Assembly (NCBI GenBank): GCA_964510585.1
Contig: CAZECW010000076.1
Span: 1-32,000 of the forward strand
Length of the DNA: 32,000 nt
Origin: an uncultured archaeon
Lineage (GTDB): Archaea > Asgardarchaeota > Jordiarchaeia > Jordiarchaeales > Jordiarchaeaceae
Direction of reading: 5' to 3'
The translations under genes and the position numbers were made by a program. The notes below the pieces were generated by a model. It was not told where the DNA came from. It saw only the letters and a list, made by a program, of their open reading frames with translations, and searched no databases. Shown here piece by piece: positions 9,413 through 17,358 of this stretch. The number at the start of each line of letters is the position of its first letter. Within the stretch, counting starts at the first letter, position 1.

Positions 9413-12400
9413 ATGAAGAAAAATGATGAGGAAATTGTTGGTTCTGTTTTGGTTATTGGTGGAGGAATAGCAGGAATCCAAGCCTCCCTAGATTTAACAG
9501 ATCTGGGATATAAGGTCTATCTCGTAGAAAGAGCTCCCAGTATTGGGGGAAGAATGGCTCAATTAGATAAAACATTCCCAACTAATGATTGTTCACTCTG
9601 TATTCTGGCTCCCAAAATGGTGGAAGTGGGGCGAAACCCAAACATTGAACTGCTCACATATTCCGAGGTAAAGAGTGTATCTGGAAAAGCTGGAAATTTC
9701 AAAGTAGAGGTTCTGAGAAAACCCCGATACGTAGATGAAACTAAGTGCAAAGCATGTGGAACCTGCAGTGAAAAATGTCCCAAAAAAATAGTGGATGAAT
9801 ATAACATGGGATTGGGACAAACGAAAGCCATATACAGTCCATTCGCCCAAGCTGTGCCAAACACCTATCTAATTAATCCCTCAGAGTGCATCTATTTTCA
9901 GCGGGGAAAGTGCCGTAGCTGCGAGAAACTTTGTCCAGCGGGAGCAATAAACTTTGAACAGAAAGAAAAAATAGAGGAATTAAAGGTAGGAGCAATTATT
10001 GTTGCAACAGGGTTTGAACAGTTTGACCTGACCCAAAAGAAAGAATATGGGTATGGACGTTTTCCTAATGTTATTTCTGCTCTTGAGTTTGAGAGGTTAA
10101 TGTGCGCATCAGGCCCTACGGGAGGACATATAGTTAGACCTTCGGATCATGAAGAACCAAAAAGAATTGCGTGGATCCAGTGTGTGGGTTCCAGAGACAC
10201 TAAAATGAAGAGTTACTGTAGTAGCGTATGTTGTATGTATGCAACAAAAGAGGCCATCATAACTAAGGAACATGATCCTAACATAGATTGTTACATATTC
10301 TATATTGATATGAGAGCTTTTGGAAAAGGTTTTCAGGATTTTGTAAACCGAGCAAAAGAAGAATACAATGTTAAGTACATCCGTGGCAAAGTCTCCCAGA
10401 TTATCGAAGATCCAAAAACCAAGAATCTAAAGCTTCGCTTCGAAGACATGGAAAGAATGGAGTTCGGAGAGATGGAAGTGGGGCTGGCTGTCCTGTCGCC
10501 TGCCCTAGTTCCCTCAAAAGGAACTAAGGAGTTAGCAGAAATATTAGGACTGGATTTGGATGAAAACTGCTTCTTGAAAGAGAGAGATGAGTTCTCACCT
10601 GTAGAAACTAACATTCCAGGTGTGTATATCTGCGGATACGTTCAAGGACCAAAGGATATACCGGAATCGGTGGCTCAAGCCAGCGCAGCGGCAGCTAAGG
10701 CTTCGGAACTCCTTGCACCAGCTAGAGGAACATTGCTAAAAGCGAAAAAAAAGGTGCCTGAAAAGAAAATCAGCGAAGAACCCAGAATTGGAGTAATGAT
10801 TTGTCACTGTGGAACCAATATAGGAGGCTTCTTGGATTGCAAGAGTGTTGCGGAATATGCAAAAACGCTTCCTGGAGTCGTCTATGCTGAAGACAATATG
10901 TATTCTTGCTCAAGCGATTCCCAAGAGAAAATAAAAAAACTCATTGCAGACTATGATCTAAACAGATTTGTTGTAGCTTCATGCACCCCTAGAACCCATG
11001 AGCCTCTATTTATGAAAACTTGTGAAGAGGCGGGACTAAATCCCTTCTTATTTGAGATGGCAAACATCCGAGACCAATGCAGTTGGGTTCATATGAGGGA
11101 ATATGAGAAAGCAACCGAAAAGGCTAAGGACTTAGTCAGAATGGCGGTGGAAAAAGCAAGAATGCTTAAACCACTATACTGTGATACCGTGGAAGTCGAA
11201 GGATCGGCGCTTGTGATAGGCGGTGGCATCGCAGGTATGACCGCTGCTCTTAGCATTGCTAGACAGGGGTTCAAGGTTTATCTTATTGAGAAGGAGAAAC
11301 AACTTGGGGGCAAGCTCAGAAGTCTAGATACTCTTTTCATATCAGGAAGAAAGGCTGAGGAGTTACTTCAAGAAAAAATTGATGAAATAAGTTTACAAAA
11401 GAACATAACGGTATATACACAGGCAAAAGTGAAAAGCATAGAGGGGTATATTGGAAACTTCGGAGTCACAATAGAAAACGAGGAAGGAGAGAAAAAAATC
11501 AAAGTGGGGGTTATAGTAGTAGCTGTTGGTGCGGAATCCTTCAAGCCTATTGGGATGTATAACTACGGAAATAGTGATAAGATAATGACCCTTCTTGAAC
11601 TGGAGGAAGCGATGAAAAGGGGTACAGTAAACTTTGGGAAGAATATAGTTTTCATTCAGTGCGTTGGTTCCCGAGAGCCTGAAGGAAGAACATATTGTTC
11701 AAGGGTTTGCTGTACGACCTCTATTAAACAAGCACTCAAACTTAAGGAATCTGATCCCGAAAGGAGAATATTCATTCTATATAGGGACATTGTAACACCC
11801 GGGAAGGGATACGAAGACTATTACCGCAGGGCCTTAAGAGAGGGTATAATGTTCATCCGTTATCAAGAAAACCAGAAACCGAAAGTTAAACTATCAAATG
11901 GAGGGAGGCCAGTAGTTGAAGTTTATGACACGCTTCTCCAAAGAAATGTGGAAATAGAGGCGGATAATGTTGCTCTAGCGACACCGTTGGTGCCCATAGA
12001 AAACAGCGAAGAATTATCCTCAATGTTAAAGGTACCACTAAGTCAGCATGGCTTCTTCTTGGAAGCTCACTTAAAGCTTAGACCTTTAGACTTCGCAACA
12101 GATGGAATATTCCTATGTGGAACAGCAAGTTCCCCATGCACAATACCGGAAGCTATAGATCAAGCAGAAGGAGCCGCATCTAGGGCATCAACAATACTAG
12201 CAAAGGGTCAAGTCGAAACAGTAGGCATAACCTCCGTGGTAGATGAAAAACTCTGTATAGGCTGCGGCCGCTGCGCCGCTGTCTGCCCATATAATGCAAT
12301 ACAGATGATAACATGTGAAGAAGAACTGGGAGAAATAAAAATACAAACCCGGAAAGCAAGAGTTATAGAAGCAGTGTGTAAAGGCTGCGGAACATGTGTG

Positions 12401-12484
12401 AGTGAGTGTGGCACAAACGCAATTAATCAGAAACGCTTCGAGAGACAACAGATAATGAAAATGATTGAGAGCGCGATACATTAA
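9413..12484 (+). CDS. hdrA: Large two-FAD-module HdrA-family flavoprotein (Cys form, about 1023 aa)
   Basis: Two GGGIAG motifs, DKTFPTNDCSLC, ferredoxin insert, two QCVGSR/YCS..CC motifs, internal ICHCGTNIGG domain, C-terminal ferredoxins. ATG 9413 (GAGG SD) preferred over TTG 9407. Confidence 0.92.
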   Translation: MKKNDEEIVGSVLVIGGGIAGIQASLDLTDLGYKVYLVERAPSIGGRMAQLDKTFPTNDCSLCILAPKMVEVGRNPNIELLTYSEVKSVSGKAGNFKVEVLRKPRYVDETKCKACGTCSEKCPKKIVDEYNMGLGQTKAIYSPFAQAVPNTYLINPSECIYFQRGKCRSCEKLCPAGAINFEQKEKIEELKVGAIIVATGFEQFDLTQKKEYGYGRFPNVISALEFERLMCASGPTGGHIVRPSDHEEPKRIAWIQCVGSRDTKMKSYCSSVCCMYATKEAIITKEHDPNIDCYIFYIDMRAFGKGFQDFVNRAKEEYNVKYIRGKVSQIIEDPKTKNLKLRFEDMERMEFGEMEVGLAVLSPALVPSKGTKELAEILGLDLDENCFLKERDEFSPVETNIPGVYICGYVQGPKDIPESVAQASAAAAKASELLAPARGTLLKAKKKVPEKKISEEPRIGVMICHCGTNIGGFLDCKSVAEYAKTLPGVVYAEDNMYSCSSDSQEKIKKLIADYDLNRFVVASCTPRTHEPLFMKTCEEAGLNPFLFEMANIRDQCSWVHMREYEKATEKAKDLVRMAVEKARMLKPLYCDTVEVEGSALVIGGGIAGMTAALSIARQGFKVYLIEKEKQLGGKLRSLDTLFISGRKAEELLQEKIDEISLQKNITVYTQAKVKSIEGYIGNFGVTIENEEGEKKIKVGVIVVAVGAESFKPIGMYNYGNSDKIMTLLELEEAMKRGTVNFGKNIVFIQCVGSREPEGRTYCSRVCCTTSIKQALKLKESDPERRIFILYRDIVTPGKGYEDYYRRALREGIMFIRYQENQKPKVKLSNGGRPVVEVYDTLLQRNVEIEADNVALATPLVPIENSEELSSMLKVPLSQHGFFLEAHLKLRPLDFATDGIFLCGTASSPCTIPEAIDQAEGAASRASTILAKGQVETVGITSVVDEKLCIGCGRCAAVCPYNAIQMITCEEELGEIKIQTRKARVIEAVCKGCGTCVSECGTNAINQKRFERQQIMKMIESAIH

Positions 12485-12494
12485 AAAATGAAGG

Positions 12495-12932
12495 GTGATG
12501 TTTTTGTCAGAAAAAGGGAAAGGAGAGTTTGAACCTAAAATAGTTGCGTTCTGTTGTAATTGGTGCTCTTATGCAGGTGCAGATTTAGCTGGTGTCAGCC
12601 GGTTCCAGTATCCACCCACAATAAGAATAATTAGAGTTATGTGTTCAGGCAGAATCGAACCGATTTTCATACTTAAAGCCTTTGAAGCAGGCGCAGATGG
12701 GGTACTAGTTTCAGGTTGCCACATTGGTGATTGTCACTACATTCACGGAAATAAGATTGCAGAGAACAGGATTAAGGCAACATCGGAGATATTAGACCTT
12801 ATTGGTCTAGGTTCAAATAGACTCAGATTAGAGTGGATTTCAGCTTCCGAAGGCATGAAATTTAGTGAAGTTATCAAGAGTTTTACAGAACAAATCAGGG
12901 AAATTGGTCCCAGTCCCCTTCGCAAGAGCTAG
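12495..12932 (+). CDS. mvhD: MvhD-type [2Fe-2S] protein (Cys form)
   Basis: FCCNWCSYAGADLAG, RVMCSGR, GADGVLVSGCHIGDCHY, WISASEG; the real start may be 12498 or 12504. Confidence 0.93.
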   Translation: MMFLSEKGKGEFEPKIVAFCCNWCSYAGADLAGVSRFQYPPTIRIIRVMCSGRIEPIFILKAFEAGADGVLVSGCHIGDCHYIHGNKIAENRIKATSEILDLIGLGSNRLRLEWISASEGMKFSEVIKSFTEQIREIGPSPLRKS

Positions 12933-13073
12933 GAAATAACAGTTTATCTAAATACAAGGGCCTGTTGTAATAAAATATATTAAACAAACAGTTTGACGGG
13001 CATCATAAAAAGTACTACATCCGCCCAATAAAATGAGAAATATATGTTCACTAGAAGAATGGGTTGACAAAAG

Positions 13074-13271
13074 ATGAGCAAAAAAATAGATTTGAGTGAA
13101 GAGGAACAAGTACTTGTAAAGGAAATTATGGAAGAATTGGGCTTGAAAGGTGGTAAAGACAAGCGACTCGTATCAACTATTGGCAAAAAACATAATTTTG
13201 ATAAGCAAAGAATGATTGTTGCAATTAAACGTGCAATCATCGGGAGAACCGACGAAACACCTAATTCTTAA
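13074..13271 (+). CDS. Small hypothetical protein (65 aa, probably helical)
   Basis: ATG start, natural-looking charged sequence, ends about 20 nt before the Sec-hdrA start with that gene's SD in the gap. Confidence 0.65.
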   Translation: MSKKIDLSEEEQVLVKEIMEELGLKGGKDKRLVSTIGKKHNFDKQRMIVAIKRAIIGRTDETPNS

Positions 13272-13291
13272 ATTGGAGGTGATTAATGCGA

Positions 13292-15253
13292 ATGAGTAAT
13301 AATGAGAAAACTGCATCGGAACCAGCCATCGGCGTCTACGTTTGCGAGTGAGGCGTTAACATAGGTGGCGTCGTTAACTGCAAAGAAGTAGCAGAATTCG
13401 CGAGTAAACTTCCTAACGTAAAAACATCAAAAACTTATTCGTTCTTCTGCTCAGACCCAGGACAAAAAATAATAAAAGAGGACATAGAAAAACTTGGAAT
13501 AAACAGGGTGGTCGTAGCTTCCTGTACTCCTAAAACACATGAACCCACCTACAGAACATTGTTGCAAAGCGCAGGAATAAGTCCCTACTACTTCCAAATG
13601 GTTAATCTGCGAGAACATTGCTCTTGGGTACATTATAAGAATCCTAAAGAAGCCACAGAAAAAGCAAAACATTTAGTGGCGGCGGGAGTAGCTAGAGCTC
13701 GACTCTTAGAGGATGTACCTCAGAGAACCGTAAAAGTGGAACCCGCGGTTATGGTAGTCGGAGCAGGAATCGCGGGAATAAGCGCAGCAATCACGGTCGC
13801 TAATCATGGACTTAAGGTCTACCTTGTAGAGAAAAAGCCCACCATTGGTGGATTGATGGCCCAGCTTGATAGGACATTTGCTACTGACGATTGTGCAATC
13901 TGAATATTGGCTCCAAAAATGGTTGAAGCTGCTAAACACCCAAACATTAAATTGCTGACCTACACAGAAGTAAAGGAGTTGAAGGGGAGCCCTGGCGAAT
14001 TCATAGTGACTCTACTAAAAAAACCAAGATATGTGAATGAAAGCAAGTGTACGGGATGTGGTGCATGTTCCGAAAAGTGTCCCGTAGAGGTTCCCGACGA
14101 GTTCAACAATGGACTTGGAACAAGGAAAGCCATATACATACCGTTCTCTCAAGCGGTGCCTAAGATTGCTTTAATATCTATGGAGGATTGTATTCAATGC
14201 AAGTCTTGTGAACGCCAATGCTTAGCTGGAGCGATTGACTATGATCAGAAACCAGAAGAATTCGAGGTTAAAGTCGGCGCGATTATAGTAGCAACAGGTG
14301 CGGATATCTATGATGCGGCTGAACGGAAAGATTATGGTTATGGAATATACGAAAATGTTATCACACAAATGGAACTGGAGCGAATGTTAAGTCCTACTGG
14401 CCCCACATTTGGGCATATTTACAGGATTTCAGACAGAAAGGTACCAAAGCGAATCGCAATGATCCAGTGTGTTGGCTCGAGAGACATAAAAACTAATCCT
14501 TACTGCTCCGAGGTCTGTTGCATGGTAGCAATGAAGAATGCAAAACTAATAAAACAGCACGATCCGAACACCGAAGTAACCATATACTATATGGATATGA
14601 GAACTGTAGATGAAGGACACGAAGAGTACTATATGGGAGCCAGAGGACACGGAGTGAAATTCGTAAGAGGCAATGTGGCCAGAGTCAAAGAAGACCCCAA
14701 AACCAAAAATCTACTGCTCAGGGTTGAGGACACATTAACAGGAGAAATAAAAAGAGAAGAAGTTGATTTGCTGGTTCTTTCAACTGCAGTAATACCATCA
14801 AAATCGGGAACAGAACTCGGTGCGATTCTGGGCATTGATATGTCAGCAAGTGGCTTCCTCAGACCAGTGCACTCAGGACTTAGCCCACAAGAAACAAAAA
14901 CACGTGGAATTTATATTTGTGGCATAGCACAGGGACCAAAGGATATATCCTACGCAGTTTCTTCAGCTAAGGCTGCGGCGTCAGCTGCTACAGCTTGGTG
15001 TCTTGCGGGAGAAGCGACGCTAGAGTTAATAACTCCAATTGTTGAAGAGAAACTTTGCATTGGCTGCAGGAGATGCGAAAGAAACTGTCCATTCGGAGCC
15101 ATTAAAGTGATTGAGGGTGTAGCGAAAGTAGACGAAGCAAGTTGCAAAGGTTGCGGAATCTGTGTCGCTTCATGTCCAGCACATGCTCTGGATCTCAGAT
15201 ATTACCGCGACAAACAGATAAGGGAAGAGACGGCAGCGCTAGTTGAAACTTAA
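13292..15253 (+). CDS. hdrA: Selenocysteine-containing HdrA (653 aa; Sec20 and Sec204)
   Basis: One continuous frame from ATG 13292 (GGAGGTGA SD at 13275-13282) to TAA 15253, with in-frame TGA at 13349-13351 (GVYVCE-U-GVNIGG) and 13901-13903 (TDDCAI-U-ILAPKM). Both align with TGT-encoded Cys in the neighbouring hdrA (10808, 9599). A SECIS-like hairpin follows the stop. Confidence 0.92.
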
Positions 15254-15259
15254 TCCATA

Positions 15260-15316
15260 TGCTTAATGATTCCATCAGCGAAAGCCTTGACTGGTGGATG
15301 AAGGCTCTGGTAAGCA
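15260..15316 (+). promoter_or_regulatory. SECIS element (eukaryote/Asgard type) for Sec-hdrA
   Basis: ATGA(15266-69)-T-TCCATCAG / loop CGAAAGCCTTGA / CTGGTGGA-T-GA(15300-01); lower stem TGCTTA/TAAGCA; begins 12 nt after the stop. Confidence 0.8.
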
Positions 15317-15369
15317 ACCAGTAGGATTAAAAAATATAATTAAAAAAGGTGTGTGTTGGAGGAAATAGG

Positions 15370-15777
15370 TTGACATATCAAGTTGTTGTATATGCGTGTT
15401 GGAAATGAGGTTATGGAGTAGCCGACCTCACAGGTGTTTCCAGGGTGGCTTATGACCCAGCCCTTAGAATCGTGCGTTTAAGGTGTACGGGACGCCTGGA
15501 TAGTTCGTTATTGCTGGAGCCGATTTGTAATGGTGCAGATGGCGTTATGGTGGTGGGATGACATATAGGTGAGTGCGACTTTGAAAAGGGAAACATTATG
15601 GCAGAGAAACATGTGAACTTTGTTAAAAGAATTCTTGAAAGACGTGGAATCGGAGGCGATCGGGTTAATATGTATCATTGTTCAGCGGCTGAGGTTGGTC
15701 GATTCAAGGAATCCGTTGAGGATATGATGGGCAAAATCAGAAAACTGGGACCTAATCCCTTAAGACAAGAAAAATAG
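15370..15777 (+). CDS. mvhD: Selenocysteine-containing MvhD/VhuD (135 aa; Sec13 and Sec64), absent from the ORF track
   Basis: TTG start 7 nt after GGAGG. Translation MTYQVVVYACWK-U-GYGVADLTGVSR...RLRCTGR...GADGVMVVG-U-HIGECDF...YHCSAAE...LGPNPLRQEK. TGA at 15406-08 and 15559-61 align with TGC Cys codons of the Cys paralogue (12564, 12717). Confidence 0.93.
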
Positions 15778-15781
15778 TTAC

Positions 15782-15862
15782 GGTTACTCCTCGGATGATC
15801 CTGAATCAATAAATCTCTGAAGATTCAGGAGACAATCCTCGTAAGCGGAGGGTTAAGTAACC
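15782..15862 (+). promoter_or_regulatory. SECIS element (eukaryote/Asgard type) for Sec-mvhD
   Basis: ATGA(15795-98)-TCCTGAATC / loop AATAAATCTCTGAA / GATTCAGGA-GA(15831-32); outer stems CTCC/GGAG and GGTTACT/AGTAACC. Confidence 0.82.
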
Positions 15863-15895
15863 TCTTGGCGGATATCCTGAATGGAGGTCACATAG

Positions 15896-17332
15896 TTGGC
15901 AAATAAACTAGATTTAGATGCTACGTTGGAAGCATTGAAGAGTTTTAGGGTTCGTGCCTTGTTCGGAGGAGAAAAAGAGATTGTCGAGTGTGGAAAAATA
16001 ACCCGTGAAGAATGGGAGAAACTCTTAGATTTCGTCGTGGACGATGAAACTGAGCGTAGAAAAGTTTTGTTAACTGTTAAGAGATTAGGCAGCGCATCCT
16101 TGTCTCGACTGGAACAAGAGTTAGAAATGTCTAATTTCAGTATTCAAAAACATCTTCGACTCCTGGAGTACGAAGGCTTAGTTGAGAGAAGCTCTGACAA
16201 TTTTTCAGAAGAAATTTATAAGCCTGTTTTAAAATCAGGGCCTTCGAGGCCTCCTTTTGAAAAAATCAAATTTATTGTAGATGAGAAGCTCTGCGTGGAC
16301 TGCGGAGCATGTGTAAGTTATTGCCCAACTAACGCAATAACTATTATTGATGAAGCCCCAGTAATTGATGAGGATAAGTGCATTGGGTGTGGCATCTGTA
16401 ATAGTGTAGCTTGCCCTAGAACCTTTCTCTATCTAGATCTTTTGAGATATTATGTAAAGGGTGAAACATGTAAACTTGATCAGGAACCAATAGCAGCATA
16501 TAAGAGCGCCTTTGCGGCGCAAACCATGAAGGAGGAAATAAGAAAAGTTTGCCAGGATGGAGGCATAGTAACATCAATATTGGCTTATCTTTTTGATCAC
16601 AACTTGATAGATGGAGCATTAGTGGTTAAAAAAAGAGGGGAAAACTGGGTCTCCGAACCGGTGGTGGTAACTAACAAGGAGGAACTACTTGAGACAGCAG
16701 GTACCAAGTATGTTGTTACTCCCACACTAGTAGGATTAGAAAAAGCCAAAAAGATGGGGCTTAAAAAAATTGCTGTGGTTGGAACTCCCTGCCAGATTCA
16801 GGCAGTCAGGAAGACGCAGGTCTTTTCAAGCGCCTTCCAAGAAATTATGGGGAGAATAGTTCTTGTAATAGGAATATTCTGCATGGAGAATTTTTCTTAC
16901 CAGAATATGAAGAAAATTGTTGAAGAATATTGCAAGGTGAATCTAGAAAACGCACGCAAAATGGATATTAGCAAGGGCCAATTCTCAGTACACTCCAAAA
17001 CCGGCGAAAAATCTTCAGTACCAGTTAAAGATATAACGGGTTTGGCGAGGCCAGCTTGCCATGTGTGTCCAGATCTCACCAATGAGCTTGCAGACATCTC
17101 AGTAGGCTCCATAGGATCACCGCCAGATTGGTCAACTGTACTTATTAGAACAGAGAAAGGTGGGGAAATTTTCCGAAAAGCCCAGGAGGAGGGGTACTTG
17201 ACTTCGAAACCGTTGGAAGAAAGTGAAACAGGACTCCCCCTACTTATAAAATTAGCGAGAGGGAAAAGAAAGAGAAACCTTGAAAAACTAGAATCCAAAA
17301 GAGCAGAAGGGAAATATGCTACCCATTTCTAG
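15896..17332 (+). CDS. FrhB/FdhB-family F420-binding flavoprotein with an N-terminal winged-helix-like domain and a 2x[4Fe-4S] ferredoxin
   Basis: SLSRLEQELEMSNFSIQKHLRLLEYEGLV (wHTH-like); CVDCGACVSYCP and CIGCGICNSVACP; QDGG, GTKY, VGTPCQ, GIFCMENF, CHVC.D...ELADISVGS.GSP; TTG start with GGAGGT SD. Confidence 0.85.
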   Translation: MANKLDLDATLEALKSFRVRALFGGEKEIVECGKITREEWEKLLDFVVDDETERRKVLLTVKRLGSASLSRLEQELEMSNFSIQKHLRLLEYEGLVERSSDNFSEEIYKPVLKSGPSRPPFEKIKFIVDEKLCVDCGACVSYCPTNAITIIDEAPVIDEDKCIGCGICNSVACPRTFLYLDLLRYYVKGETCKLDQEPIAAYKSAFAAQTMKEEIRKVCQDGGIVTSILAYLFDHNLIDGALVVKKRGENWVSEPVVVTNKEELLETAGTKYVVTPTLVGLEKAKKMGLKKIAVVGTPCQIQAVRKTQVFSSAFQEIMGRIVLVIGIFCMENFSYQNMKKIVEEYCKVNLENARKMDISKGQFSVHSKTGEKSSVPVKDITGLARPACHVCPDLTNELADISVGSIGSPPDWSTVLIRTEKGGEIFRKAQEEGYLTSKPLEESETGLPLLIKLARGKRKRNLEKLESKRAEGKYATHF

Positions 17333-17358
17333 ATTTACAGATCCATTTGAAAAGATAT

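Noticed and set aside
13508-15253. Reading the track ORFs 13508..13903 and 13907..15253 as a split or pseudogenised hdrA
   Set aside because: Same frame, the interruptions are TGA exactly at conserved Cys positions, all motifs are intact and a SECIS follows; Sec recoding explains it better.
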